From Pseudomonadota bacterium (GTDB taxonomy: Bacteria; Vulcanimicrobiota; Vulcanimicrobiia; Eremiobacterales; Eremiobacteraceae), in the NCBI GenBank assembly GCA_021325335.1, contig JAJPHJ010000053.1:2541-66540 (forward strand): a DNA stretch of 64,000 nucleotides. Reading direction: 5' to 3'. How positions within the stretch are numbered: the stretch's first letter is position 1; every line of letters starts with the position of its first letter. Position numbers and translations under genes: made by a program. Below, piece after piece: positions 54,939 to 64,000 of this stretch. The notes beneath the pieces are model-generated. The model ran no database searches and was not told the DNA's origin. It was given only the letters and a program-made list of their open reading frames with translations.

Positions 54939-55894
54939 GCGGCCGAGAGTCCCAGGGCTGCTCGCACGCTCTCCAGACCGGCGCCGTCAGACACGTGCAT
55001 CACTGCGGTCGAGCCGATATCGGGCAACCGCTTCACCATGGGAGCGAGCACCTCGCTTGCACCGCATTCGATGATCGCGTCGGGCCGCAGCGCCGCGAGC
55101 GCCACCGCCGCTTCGTGCCAGCGCACGCGCGAGCACAAACTCGCGACGAGCGCTTGTTTGATCTCTTCTGCAGAGCGATACGGCCGTGCCAACACGTTGC
55201 TGATCACGGGAAAGCGTGGCACGGCGACTCGCGCCTGCGCCACGGCCTGTCCAAAACGCGACACCGCCGGCTCCATCAGCGAACTGTGCCACGCGCCGGA
55301 AACGTTGAGCACGCGCACGCGTTTGGCGCCCGCCTCTTTGGCAAGCTCGCACGCGGCCTCTACCCCGGTGACGTCGCCCGAAACGACGATCTGGGTGACG
55401 GTGTTCAGATTGCCGATGTCCACGCGAGCGGCGCTGCGTTCGCGCGCCGCGGCGCAGACGGCTTCGACTGCGGCTAACTCCAAACCGATGATGGCCGCCA
55501 TCGCGCCCGGCGCACGATCGGCCGCTTCCCCCATCGCGAGCCCGCGCTCGTTCACCACGCGCACTGCTTCCTCGAACTCCATAGCCGCCGCGATTTCGAG
55601 CGAGCAGTATTCGCCGAATGAGTGACCGGCCGTGGCCACAGGCTGCAGTCCGAGCGTGGACACGGCGCGATAGATCGCGACGTTCGCGGTGAAGATCGCC
55701 GGCTGGCTCAAGCGCGTCTCTTTAAGCTCTTCGTCGCTCGCATCGGACACGCGCGCGAGCAGATCGTAACCCAGCACCTTGGAAGCGATCTCGAAGCATT
55801 CGCGCGAGCGCGGAAAGCGCTCGGCGACGTCGACGCCCATGCGCGACGCCTGCGAGCCTTGCCCCGGGAAGATGAATGCTGCGGTCGGCATCAC
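54935..55894 (-). CDS. fabD: malonyl-CoA:ACP transacylase
   Basis: 319-aa ORF with FPGQGSQ and GHSFGEY active-site motifs. Confidence 0.9.
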   Translation of the reverse strand: MMPTAAFIFPGQGSQASRMGVDVAERFPRSRECFEIASKVLGYDLLARVSDASDEELKETRLSQPAIFTANVAIYRAVSTLGLQPVATAGHSFGEYCSLEIAAAMEFEEAVRVVNERGLAMGEAADRAPGAMAAIIGLELAAVEAVCAAARERSAARVDIGNLNTVTQIVVSGDVTGVEAACELAKEAGAKRVRVLNVSGAWHSSLMEPAVSRFGQAVAQARVAVPRFPVISNVLARPYRSAEEIKQALVASLCSRVRWHEAAVALAALRPDAIIECGASEVLAPMVKRLPDIGSTAVMHVSDGAGLESVRAALGLSAA

Positions 55895-55900
55895 CGCGAG

Positions 55901-56956
55901 CTAGTGCGCGCCCGCTCCTGCGGCCGCGGCCGGCCGTTGCAGGTGGGCTCGCACCACCGGCGCGCCGCTCCACCGCCACACGACCGAGCCCCACGAGAGC
56001 CCGCCGCCGAACGCGACCAGCACGACCACGTTGCCCTTTTTGATCAATCCGCTTTCAACCGCTTCTCCCAGCGCGATCGGGATGGAAGCTGCCGAGGTGT
56101 TCCCGTATTCGGCGATGTTGACGATGCACTTGGCCTGCGGCACGCCGAGCATCTTGATGGTGGCATCGACGATTCGAAGATTCGCTTGGTGCGGCACGAC
56201 GAAATCGATATCGGCGGTCGTGAGCCCGGCGCGTGCGAGCGCGTTCCGGGTCGACGCGGCCATCTGGTTGACCGCGAACTTGAACACGCTTTGGCCCTGC
56301 ATCTTGATGTAGCCCAGCCGCTTATCCGCCAGTTCTCCGTTCTTGTTGTACGGAAACTTGCTGCCGCCGCCTGGGAGGTAGAGGACCGAAGGATCGCTGC
56401 CGTCCGCTCCAAGATCTGCCCCCAAGAAACAATCCTCATCCGCCCGCTCGACGATCGCTGCGCCCGCGCCATCGCCGAAGAGCACGCACGTCGCACGGTC
56501 GGTGTAGTCGGTGATCTTCGAGAGCGTCTCTGCCCCGATGATGAGCACCGAGCGGAAGACGCCCGATCGAATGAGCGAAGCTGCCGTCGTCAGCGCATAG
56601 ACGAAGCCAGAACATGCGATGGATATATCAAACGCGGGGGTGCCTTGCACGCCCAGTTGTGCCGCCACGATGCATGCGAGCGCGGGAAACGGATAGTCAG
56701 GCGTCGCCGTCGCGCAGATGATGCAGTCGATGTCCTTGGCGGCTAGCCCGGCCGCCTGCAGAGCGGACTTGGCCGCCGGTACCGCAAGGTCTGAGGTGGT
56801 CCCTTCGGGCCAGATGATGTGGCGCCGCTTCATGCCGGTGCGCTGCGTGATCCACTCGTCGCTCGTGTCGACGAGCTTCTCGAGGTCCTCGTTCGTGAGG
56901 ACGCCGGGCGGAGCGCAGAATCCGACGCCGGTGATCGCGGCGCCGTATGCGTTCAA
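55901..56956 (-). CDS. fabH: 3-oxoacyl-ACP synthase III
   Basis: 351-aa ORF with active-site ACSGFVYAL, HQAN and GNTSAAS motifs. Confidence 0.9.
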   Translation of the reverse strand: MNAYGAAITGVGFCAPPGVLTNEDLEKLVDTSDEWITQRTGMKRRHIIWPEGTTSDLAVPAAKSALQAAGLAAKDIDCIICATATPDYPFPALACIVAAQLGVQGTPAFDISIACSGFVYALTTAASLIRSGVFRSVLIIGAETLSKITDYTDRATCVLFGDGAGAAIVERADEDCFLGADLGADGSDPSVLYLPGGGSKFPYNKNGELADKRLGYIKMQGQSVFKFAVNQMAASTRNALARAGLTTADIDFVVPHQANLRIVDATIKMLGVPQAKCIVNIAEYGNTSAASIPIALGEAVESGLIKKGNVVVLVAFGGGLSWGSVVWRWSGAPVVRAHLQRPAAAAGAGAH

Positions 56957-56959
56957 TCG

Positions 56960-57160
56960 CTAACCCTTCTGCTGGCTCGCGGCGCCGTCGATTTTGAGCG
57001 CTTGGCGGCCGTCATAGAAGCCGCAATGCAGGCACGCGTGGTGCGGGCGGCGCGGCCTCTTGCATTGTGGGCAGACCGAGAGCGTCACGCGACGGAGCTT
57101 CCAGGTACGGCGCCGCGTCCGGATATTCGACTTGCTGCGCTTCTGTTTTGGATTCGCCAT
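56960..57160 (-). CDS. rpmF: 50S ribosomal protein L32
   Basis: 66-aa ORF MANPKQKRSKSNIRTRRRTWKL... with zinc-ribbon CPQC...CLHCG. Confidence 0.9.
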   Translation of the reverse strand: MANPKQKRSKSNIRTRRRTWKLRRVTLSVCPQCKRPRRPHHACLHCGFYDGRQALKIDGAASQQKG

Positions 57161-57232
57161 GTATCCCTTCGGTGTCCGGTCTTGTGCAGCCGCATGCGTC
57201 GTGCGGATGAAATCCGCGCGGAGGCAAAGCGA

Positions 57233-57745
57233 TTATATTGTTTCGCTTTCGGCTTCGTCCCGCAAACTCGCCAAGCCTGCCAGGCGCGGATCGATGCCGT
57301 CGCCGGCGCACTCGCACGCTGCGACATTTCGATTGATCCCGCACATCGGACAGATGCCCTTGCATGCAGGCGAGCAGAGCGGCGCCATGGGTTCGTCCAC
57401 TTCCAACAGCTGGGAGACGAGATCCGTCAGATCGATATGCCGATCGACGAGCGGTGACACTGTGGCCGCGGCATCCTCACCCGGGGCGATGTCTTCGCTG
57501 AACGTCTCTGCCACCTCGATGGCGATCGGGCGGTCGAATGTCTCAAGACAGCGGGCGCACGTCTCGCGCTCGACGCCGCGCAGCGTGCCTTCGATGTGGA
57601 CCCCGTGCCGAATGCGCGAGATCTTCGCACGGACGAACACGCCATCGGGATAGCGATCGCCCAGGTCGCCGGCGAGCCGGACGTTCTGTTCGATCTCAAG
57701 TGCGGCGACATCGGGATGGAAGAGTCGATCGACTGCGATCTTCAT
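57233..57745 (-). CDS. yceD: YceD/DUF177 family protein (large-subunit rRNA accumulation protein)
   Basis: 170-aa ORF with CARCL ... CSPACKGICPMCGINRN cysteine motifs. Conserved position immediately upstream of rpmF. Confidence 0.8.
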   Translation of the reverse strand: MKIAVDRLFHPDVAALEIEQNVRLAGDLGDRYPDGVFVRAKISRIRHGVHIEGTLRGVERETCARCLETFDRPIAIEVAETFSEDIAPGEDAAATVSPLVDRHIDLTDLVSQLLEVDEPMAPLCSPACKGICPMCGINRNVAACECAGDGIDPRLAGLASLRDEAESETI

Positions 57746-57752
57746 GACGGGT

Positions 57753-58724
57753 TTAGAGCTGTGACTTCTGCAGGGCGTCGAGCGCTGCCTGGAATGTCCG
57801 CACCGGGATCACCTGGATGTTCGGCGTGTCTTTGATATCCGCGTAGTTGGTCTCAGGCACGAGGAAGATGTGCGCGCGGGCGCGCGTGGCGGCTCGCACT
57901 TTTTCGCGGGCTCCTTCGATGGGGCCGACCGTGCCGTCGGCCGACAAGACACCGGTGCCCGCCACGTTCGCGCCGGCTGCGATATCTTTACCCGTCAGCG
58001 TCCGATAGATCTGCAGTGCGAACATCAGTCCCGCGCTCGAACCGTTGATGTTGACGATGTGAAAGGTCACGTGCACGGGCAGCGAGTAGGCGCGCGTTTG
58101 GAACGTCCCCGTGATGCCGAAACGCGGTTTGCCGCGGAACAGAAAGGTCGTGCACGCGATCGTGAGATCGCGGCTGCCGCGCCGCACGGTGAGCGTGAAT
58201 CGCGTGCCGCGCGGTTTCGCGGCGGTCGCGCTCGGCAAGGTGTTTGCGTTGGGGAGCTGCTTTCCGTTGACCGCTTCGATTTGGTCACCGATGTGGAAGC
58301 AGCGCGCCCCCGGCGAGCGCGGCACGACTCGAGTCACGACGAAGCTCGACCGCGAACGAACGGGCAAGCCGGCTGCGCGTTCGGCGACGATCTGCGCGTT
58401 CGTCTGGCTTTCGGTCATGGCATCGACGAGCGCGGCGTTGAGCTGGCGGTCGCTGACGCTCGGCGGCACGAGTTCTTGCCGCCGGATGATCTCGTAGCCG
58501 GGCAGCACCTTCGCGACGGCATAAAAAAATGGCCGTCCGGGCATCAGGTCCACATCCGTCAGATAGAATGTGCCGGGCGGCGAGACGTGACCGGGCACCA
58601 TGATGGCGCGCGTCAGATCGACGGCCGAACCGGGACCGAAGATGATGTACGGGATCGGGATCAAGAACAAGGCCGCGGCGACGAATCCGATGACAAGCCC
58701 GATGCGAGCGGCGCGCGCGATCAT
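57753..58724 (-). CDS. membrane-anchored PDZ domain / Lon-like (S16) protease, YlbL/SdrC-like
   Basis: 323-aa ORF with an N-terminal TM, a PDZ segment (GDQIEAVNGKQL), and a Lon_C-like region with GSSAGLMFAL and a downstream Lys (GAREKVRAA). Confidence 0.8.
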   Translation of the reverse strand: MIARAARIGLVIGFVAAALFLIPIPYIIFGPGSAVDLTRAIMVPGHVSPPGTFYLTDVDLMPGRPFFYAVAKVLPGYEIIRRQELVPPSVSDRQLNAALVDAMTESQTNAQIVAERAAGLPVRSRSSFVVTRVVPRSPGARCFHIGDQIEAVNGKQLPNANTLPSATAAKPRGTRFTLTVRRGSRDLTIACTTFLFRGKPRFGITGTFQTRAYSLPVHVTFHIVNINGSSAGLMFALQIYRTLTGKDIAAGANVAGTGVLSADGTVGPIEGAREKVRAATRARAHIFLVPETNYADIKDTPNIQVIPVRTFQAALDALQKSQL

Positions 58725-58759
58725 CCGGCGCCGCCCGGCCGTCCACGATGACTCCTCGG

Positions 58760-59230
58760 CTATGTCGCGCTCATTTCTTTGTTGTGTTTGCCGTTGCCAA
58801 GATTCGGCTGCGCCAATGTCTGCCGTCCCTTTTGCACGGCGGCCAGAGCTTTGGCCAAGCTTCCATCCAACGACGCGAGGACTTGATCGGCATACTCGTC
58901 CGCGCCGCGGCGGATATCTCGCGCCGCCTTCTGCGCCTGCTCGACGATCTCGTCGGCGCGCGCTTGCGCTTTCGCCAGCGAGTCGCTCTCAGCGAGCTTG
59001 CGTCTGGCCTCGTCCGTCGCGGTGCTTTGCGCGTGCGGGGCGTCGCGCATCGGCTCGCTGGGACGAACGTCGTCCCTGCGCACGCGGCTGGCGTCGTCGG
59101 GCAAGGCCGAGCGCAGCTTCTCGATGAGGTCGTGCACCCGCTCTGCGTTCACCGCGCGCCAGCCGAACGGCATCCACACACCTTCCCGGACCACGGATTC
59201 CAGCTTGTCGATGACGCGGTACGCGCTCAT
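58760..59230 (-). CDS. conserved coiled-coil hypothetical protein (family often annotated as ATP synthase b-like / ATPase)
   Basis: 156-aa ORF. An N-terminal VIDKLESVVREGVWMPFGWRAVNAERVHDLIEKLRSALPDD is followed by a charged helix, AQARADEIVEQAQKAARDIRRGADEYADQVL. It sits between coaD and the ylbL-like gene. Confidence 0.5.
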   Translation of the reverse strand: MSAYRVIDKLESVVREGVWMPFGWRAVNAERVHDLIEKLRSALPDDASRVRRDDVRPSEPMRDAPHAQSTATDEARRKLAESDSLAKAQARADEIVEQAQKAARDIRRGADEYADQVLASLDGSLAKALAAVQKGRQTLAQPNLGNGKHNKEMSAT

Positions 59231-59252
59231 GTCGTTCCCTCCAAGGATTTTT

Positions 59253-59753
59253 CTATCGGCTGCGCTTGCGGGTGAGGCCGTGTCGTCCGATGCGTTTCAT
59301 GGTGCGTAAAACGGCCTGCGGCACAAAATCCGAAATGTCGCCCCCGAGCGAGAACACCTCTCTGACGGAGGACGATGAGATGTGGGCATATTCGAGGCTC
59401 GCGGGCAAAAACATCGTGTCGACTCCGCCCGGCAAGTGCCGGTTCAAGAGCGCCATCGAGAACTCATACTCGAAATCGGATACGATCCGCAGGCCCTTGA
59501 CGATCAGCGACGCCTTCTTCTTGCGGACATAGTCCACCAACAAGCCGTCGAAGCAGTCCACCTCGACGCCGGCTATCGTTGCGCACACCTCACGCAAAAG
59601 GTCGGCCCGCTGCTTCACGCTGAGCAGCGGCTTCTTGCTGGGGTTAGTGACCACGGCGACGACGAGGCGCGGGTAGTACGCGGCCGCGCGCCGGATAATA
59701 TCGAGATGACCGTTCGTGACCGGGTCGAAGCTGCCCGGATAGACGGCGATCAT
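59253..59753 (-). CDS. coaD: phosphopantetheine adenylyltransferase
   Basis: Track ORF trimmed to ATG 59753 (MIAVYPGSFDPVTNGHLDIIRRA), with the nucleotidyltransferase T/HxGH motif. Confidence 0.9.
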   Translation of the reverse strand: MIAVYPGSFDPVTNGHLDIIRRAAAYYPRLVVAVVTNPSKKPLLSVKQRADLLREVCATIAGVEVDCFDGLLVDYVRKKKASLIVKGLRIVSDFEYEFSMALLNRHLPGGVDTMFLPASLEYAHISSSSVREVFSLGGDISDFVPQAVLRTMKRIGRHGLTRKRSR

Positions 59754-59770
59754 CGGGTCGCTGCGACGGA

Positions 59771-60406
59771 TCACTTGCGCGCGGCGCGGCGCCGCGTTGT
59801 GATACGCGCACGCACCCGAGTGGATCGCGTTTCTTGTTCGCGCTGGTCGAAACTCGCGCGCCCGTCGCCGCGCACGACGGCGAAGGTGAGCGCCGTGTCG
59901 CCGTAGGCCGCCTCCTTGACGATCCGCATCGACACCGGAAGATTTGCCGTAGCCTTGCTCGGGTGCTCCCAAACGACGACGCCTCGATCCGCGAGCAACC
60001 CGCGTTGCATCATGAGCGTGAGTTCTTCGGTTGCACCGCGCGCGTAAGGCGGGTCGACAAGCACGATGTCGAAGTTGCCGCGCAGCGTGCGCAGCGCGCG
60101 ATTCGCGGTCATCGGCATGATCCGCCAAACCGCCGGGTCATCCAGCAGTCGCACGGCGTTGCGCCGGATCGACATGACCGCGGCCGCATCGTTGTCGACG
60201 AACACGACCGAACCCGCGCCCCGCGACATGGCTTCGAAGCCGAGCGCTCCCGTGCCGGCGAAAAGGTCCAAGACGCGCGCTCCTTCGACGCGCTTGCCGA
60301 GCACGGCGAAGAGCGCCTCACGGACTTTGGACGAGGTCGGACGCGTTCTGCGCCCTCGAGGCGCTGCAAGCTTGTGACCCGAACGCTCGCCACCCGACAA
60401 CCGCAT
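59771..60406 (-). CDS. rsmD: 16S rRNA (guanine966-N2)-methyltransferase RsmD
   Basis: 211-aa ORF with RPTSSKVREALF, DLFAGTGALG and VLVDPPY motifs. Conserved rsmD-coaD pair. Confidence 0.85.
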   Translation of the reverse strand: MRLSGGERSGHKLAAPRGRRTRPTSSKVREALFAVLGKRVEGARVLDLFAGTGALGFEAMSRGAGSVVFVDNDAAAVMSIRRNAVRLLDDPAVWRIMPMTANRALRTLRGNFDIVLVDPPYARGATEELTLMMQRGLLADRGVVVWEHPSKATANLPVSMRIVKEAAYGDTALTFAVVRGDGRASFDQREQETRSTRVRARITTRRRAARK

Positions 60407-60455
60407 GAGGCCCTAGTTCCGCGGGCATGCTGCGGACGCCCTTCGCAGCTTTGGG

Positions 60456-62624
60456 TCAGGAGCTCTGGCGCAGCATCGCTTCGCTGTCGACTGCGGCAAG
60501 GTACGCGGCGAGGGAGCGGTTCTCGGGGTTTGTCAGATGAGGATCCGCCTGTACGAGCGTTTCGGCTGCCTTCTTCGCCTTCACGAAGACGGGAAAATCG
60601 CGGATGAGATGCGCGAGGCGCAGATCGTTGCCCCCGTGTTGACGCGTCCCCACCAGATCTCCACTGCCTCGCAGCCGCATGTCCTCTTCGGCGATCGCGA
60701 ATCCGTCATTCGTCTGCGCCATCGCCTGCAGGCGTTCCGCTTCGGCGGCATCCGGCGCGACGAGGATGCAATACGATTGCGCGGCTCCTCGCCCGACCCG
60801 GCCGCGCAGCTGGTGCAACTGAGCCAGTCCGAACACGTGCGCATCTAAGACGAGCATCACGGTGGCGTTCGGCATGTCGACCCCGACCTCGACGACGGTG
60901 GTCGAGATGAGGACCTTCATGAACCCGTCGGCGAACAGGCGCATCATCTCGTCTTTTTGCGCGACCGACATCCGGCCGTGCAGCAGGCCGACCTGAAGGC
61001 CCGAGAAGACGCTCGACCGCAACTCTTGCGCTTGCTGCTGCGCTGAGTGCAAAGCGCGCTCCGACTCGTCGATCGCCGGACAGACGACAAACGCTTGATG
61101 CCCCTTCTCGACCTCGGCGCGGACGAAGGCCAGCACCTTGGGCTTGGCCTCCACACCGCGGACGAAGGTCTTGATGGCTCGCCGGCCCGGCGGCATCTCA
61201 TCGATGATGGACACGTCGAGGTCCGCGTACACCGTCTGCGCGAGCGTGCGAGGGATCGGGGTCGCGGTCATCACCATGGTGTGGGGGACGAACCCTTGCG
61301 CTTTACCGCGCAACGCGGCGCGCTGCAGGACGCCGAAGCGGTGCTGCTCGTCGATGATGGTAAGACCGAGCTTCGCGAAGCGGACGTCATCGGTCAAGAG
61401 TGCGTGCGTCCCGACGACCACGTCGAGGTCGCCCGCCTGCAATTGCGCGAGGATGTCATCGCGCGTGCGGCGTTTGAGCGCACCCACGAGCAAGGCGCAG
61501 CGCGCGCCCACTTGCGACAGGGAGCCTGCGATCTTGTTGAATTGCTGCGCCGCCAAGACTTCAGTGGGCGCCATGAAGGCAGATTGGTAGCCGCCTTGCA
61601 GCGCGAGGATCATGCCCGCAATAGCGACCGCCGTCTTGCCCGAGCCGACGTCGCCTTGCAGGAGCCGGTTCATGGGCGTTTGCTTGAGCATATCGGCGCG
61701 CAGCTCGTCTACGACTCGTCGCTGCGCTCCCGTCAGCTCGAAAGACACGGCTCGGCCCAGTTTTTCGAAAAACTCCTTCTCCGCGGGTGCGCCTCCCGCG
61801 GCGGAGAAATCTGGAGCGGGTTCTTGCGATCGCTCCGCGCGGCGTCGGGCAGCCCCCATGGCCAGCAGAAAGAACTCCTCGAACACCAAGCGCCGGCGCG
61901 CTTGCTCGGCCGACTTTTCGTCCGTGGGTTCGTGGATGGTGGTCAGAGCGCGCCATGCGTCGCCAAAGCGCTCGCGCTTGTTGATGGATTTTGGGAGCGG
62001 ATCCAAACCGGCTTTTGCGGTCACGTCGCTCGCGACCATTCGCAGCGCAGCGCGGACGAAACGTCGGATCTCGTGGCTGCCCAAACCGGCGGTCTGCGGG
62101 TATACGGGGACGAGCTCACCCGCGTAGGGTTCGTCCGCTTTGAGCACGCGATGCCGGGAGACGTTCATCGTGATCCCGGTCAGCGTGAAGTCGATCCTCC
62201 CGCGGACGAAAACGCGGCTGCCGGTTTTCAGCTGGTTCGCCAGGTACGGCCGCCCGAACCACACCGCCGTCATGACTCCGGTTCCATCATCGATCGTCGC
62301 CGTCGTCTTCGCTCGGATGCGGCCACGCAAGCGCACGTGCGAGCAGTGGACGACCGTTCCCAAGGCGTTCACCTCGCCCGCGCTGCCGGCGCCGCGTGTT
62401 TCGTTACGCAGACCGGCGAGCGCCGCGACGGACACCGGACTGCGAAGGTCGTCATAGCGATAGGGAAAGTGGCGGACGAGATCTCGCACGGTGATGATCC
62501 CGAGGCGCTCGAGCGCGGCTGCGGTGCGCGTGGAAAGCCCAAGGGTCCGAGCGACGCGGCTCGAGAGGAGCGATGTGCTTGCGCCTTCCTTGCGTTCGAT
62601 CGTTGCCAGCGTCGGCGTCGCCAT
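60456..62624 (-). CDS. recG: ATP-dependent DNA helicase RecG
   Basis: Track ORF 60456..62657. I prefer ATG 62624 (MATPTLATIERK...), see the promoter feature. Contains the wedge domain, Walker A GDVGSGKTAVA, DEQHRFG, and helicase C motifs. Confidence 0.9.
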   Translation of the reverse strand: MATPTLATIERKEGASTSLLSSRVARTLGLSTRTAAALERLGIITVRDLVRHFPYRYDDLRSPVSVAALAGLRNETRGAGSAGEVNALGTVVHCSHVRLRGRIRAKTTATIDDGTGVMTAVWFGRPYLANQLKTGSRVFVRGRIDFTLTGITMNVSRHRVLKADEPYAGELVPVYPQTAGLGSHEIRRFVRAALRMVASDVTAKAGLDPLPKSINKRERFGDAWRALTTIHEPTDEKSAEQARRRLVFEEFFLLAMGAARRRAERSQEPAPDFSAAGGAPAEKEFFEKLGRAVSFELTGAQRRVVDELRADMLKQTPMNRLLQGDVGSGKTAVAIAGMILALQGGYQSAFMAPTEVLAAQQFNKIAGSLSQVGARCALLVGALKRRTRDDILAQLQAGDLDVVVGTHALLTDDVRFAKLGLTIIDEQHRFGVLQRAALRGKAQGFVPHTMVMTATPIPRTLAQTVYADLDVSIIDEMPPGRRAIKTFVRGVEAKPKVLAFVRAEVEKGHQAFVVCPAIDESERALHSAQQQAQELRSSVFSGLQVGLLHGRMSVAQKDEMMRLFADGFMKVLISTTVVEVGVDMPNATVMLVLDAHVFGLAQLHQLRGRVGRGAAQSYCILVAPDAAEAERLQAMAQTNDGFAIAEEDMRLRGSGDLVGTRQHGGNDLRLAHLIRDFPVFVKAKKAAETLVQADPHLTNPENRSLAAYLAAVDSEAMLRQSS

Positions 62625-62631
62625 GCCCCGC

Positions 62632-62640
62632 ATTATAACA
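62632..62640 (-). promoter_or_regulatory. candidate extended -10 element TGTTATAAT, 7 nt upstream of the recG ATG (possible leaderless mRNA)
   Basis: The minus strand reads gctcaTGtTATAATgcggggcATGgcg. The TATAAT is 62637..62632 and the ATG is 62624..62622. Confidence 0.35.
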
Positions 62641-62711
62641 TGAGCGCCTCGTCGCATGGTTGCAGGTGCTCCCTCCTCTCACGTTGCAAACGCTCGCGGA
62701 GGAGCGCGCGT

Positions 62712-63446
62712 ATGAAGCGACTTGTCATCTTGGTTTTGGCAGCATTGGCAGCAGCGGGATGCGCGAAATTCTCTATCGCCCCGCAGCAGCCGTCGCCGCC
62801 GCCCGGTCCGCCGAAGCTCATCTGGGCGGGCACGAGCGACGGATTTACCATCCGCTGGACGGCAGGAGATATCACGGCCGCGCCGGTCGCGGCGCCCACG
62901 CGCGAGGTGCTCTCAGCGCTGGGATTGACGATCTTCGATTTCCACGCCATCAGTAAAAAGCAGAGCTCCGATTGCGATTTCGTGCGCGTGACGCAGTTGT
63001 CATCGGTCGTCGGGCCGATCGTCTCCATCCGAGACGACGACACCATGAAATGCACGAACGGGGTGAATGGGGTCGGGCGAAAGGCCGTCGCAATCGATCT
63101 CAACCATCCGGGCGTCCCGGTCTCGCTCACCGAATACTTTGCGCCGCGAGAGCTCCTCGGTCTGCATGCGGTGGCAATGCACGTCTGCCAGGCGAAGCTC
63201 ACCGATCTCTTCACGCGGTTCGCGTTCGAGAGCGTGGCCGGCAATGAGGTGACCGTCAGCCTCACGCTGCCGGGCGAGTGCAAGCATGCAAGCGTCAGCG
63301 CGTCGCTGCCGATCCCTGCCAAGCTGCGCCGACCGCTGGAACTCGCCGCCCAAGGCAAGCAAGGCTTCCTCGAGCGCGATCAAGCGCGCGTGGCGGGCGG
63401 CCAGACCACCACGATCAATTACCATTACCGGCTGAACGGGTCGTAG
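62712..63446 (+). CDS. hypothetical lipoprotein
   Basis: This is the tail of track ORF 61047..63446. ATG 62712 gives MKRLVILVLAALAAAGCAKFS (signal peptide + lipobox), then a Pro-rich linker. No family recognised. Confidence 0.6.
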   Translation: MKRLVILVLAALAAAGCAKFSIAPQQPSPPPGPPKLIWAGTSDGFTIRWTAGDITAAPVAAPTREVLSALGLTIFDFHAISKKQSSDCDFVRVTQLSSVVGPIVSIRDDDTMKCTNGVNGVGRKAVAIDLNHPGVPVSLTEYFAPRELLGLHAVAMHVCQAKLTDLFTRFAFESVAGNEVTVSLTLPGECKHASVSASLPIPAKLRRPLELAAQGKQGFLERDQARVAGGQTTTINYHYRLNGS

Positions 63447-63454
63447 GAAAGACG

Positions 63455-63525
<71 letters not shown>

Positions 63526-63611
63526 CGGCTGCTTCGAATTTCCACGGCGACGTAGCGGCTGACCTTGTCCGAAGGAGGGTCTGCCCCATCCGGCAGGCCA
63601 ACCCACCGACG

Positions 63612-64000
63612 ATGCCGCGTGCCAAGACCAAAACGCGATCGACCTCTGCGTCAAAGCCGAAGCGATCCGCCAAGACGAGCTCATCGAAAGCCAAGCCATC
63701 AAAACGTGGATCCCTCGGACCGTATGCGGCGAAGCGCGACTTCACTCAGACGCCGGAACCGCGCGGCGCGAAACGCCCGCTCGGCCGCGCGTTGCGATTC
63801 GTCGTCCAAAAACATCAAGCGTCTCATCTGCACTACGATTTCCGACTCGAAGCGGACGGCGTTCTCAAATCGTGGGCAGTGCCCAAAGGTCCATCGCTCA
63901 ATCCAGCCGATCGCAGGCTCGCCATGCAAGTCGAGGACCATCCGCTCGATTATCGCGACTTCGAAGGCATCATCCCCGCGGGGAACTATGGCGCCGGACA
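63612..64000 (+). CDS. ligD: DNA ligase D, N-terminal 3'-phosphoesterase domain (5' partial view; runs off the window)
   Basis: Hand-translated from ATG 63612: [53 protein letters not shown]...[68 protein letters not shown]. This is the LigD PE-domain signature. It is not in the track because there is no stop in the window. Confidence 0.8.
   Translation, partial: MPRAKTKTRSTSASKPKRSAKTSSSKAKPSKRGSLGPYAAKRDFTQTPEPRGAKRPLGRALRFVVQKHQASHLHYDFRLEADGVLKSWAVPKGPSLNPADRRLAMQVEDHPLDYRDFEGIIPAGNYGAG

Noticed and set aside
61047-62711. First 555 codons of the 799-aa + strand ORF 61047..63446
   Set aside because: It is antisense to recG, which has Walker A and DEQH motifs. Only the last 244 codons, from ATG 62712 with a lipoprotein signal peptide, are credible.

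Overview
This is a high-GC, very gene-dense bacterial chromosomal segment, roughly two-thirds G+C by eye. It is almost entirely housekeeping and central-metabolism genes, with Terrabacteria/Firmicutes-like synteny.

- **Left end (minus strand):** rpsB-tsf-pyrH-frr-(orf70)-cdsA-dxr-rseP-ispG.
- **Right end (minus strand):** recG-rsmD-coaD-(coiled-coil)-ylbL-like-yceD-rpmF-fabH-fabD-fabG-acpP-ffh-rpsP-KH-rimM, followed by tRNA-Cys and the start of ligD.
- **Middle:**
  - a butyryl-CoA/beta-oxidation gene set (acyl-CoA dehydrogenase, hbd, crotonase, thiolase) arranged around a 926-aa adenylate cyclase-STAND-TPR protein;
  - a small-subunit-type leuC-leuD-leuB-like operon translationally coupled to the thiolase;
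  - two paralogous APC permeases flanking an S8 lipoprotein protease;
  - a cinA / glyoxalase / split NAD-synthetase cluster;
  - a class II ribonucleotide reductase gene (nrdJ) interrupted by a 366-codon LAGLIDADG intein, the only mobile element I can see.
- **Not seen:** rRNA, CRISPR arrays, transposases, integrases or prophage genes.

Many long ORFs in the six-frame track are high-GC shadow ORFs or chimeras of a real gene with an upstream shadow frame. I trimmed the starts of those genes. Real genes often use GTG or TTG starts, apparently one ATT start, and 4-nt ATGA/GTGA/TTGA overlaps.

Most worth a second look:
1. The nrdJ intein and a low-GC tract that extends into both extein flanks.
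2. A +1 frame break in the essential ffh gene.
3. A self-contained unit of promoter, 38-codon ORF and terminator next to the cyclase-STAND gene.
4. Candidate NrdR boxes overlapping a near-consensus nrdJ promoter.
5. Several atypical starts: gloA (ATT), rimM (no canonical start) and recG (possibly leaderless).

I did not find a convincing new multi-gene system, defence-related or otherwise. The candidates are flagged with modest interest scores. All functional calls come from motif and family recognition by eye, with no database search. Trimmed start coordinates may be off by a few codons.
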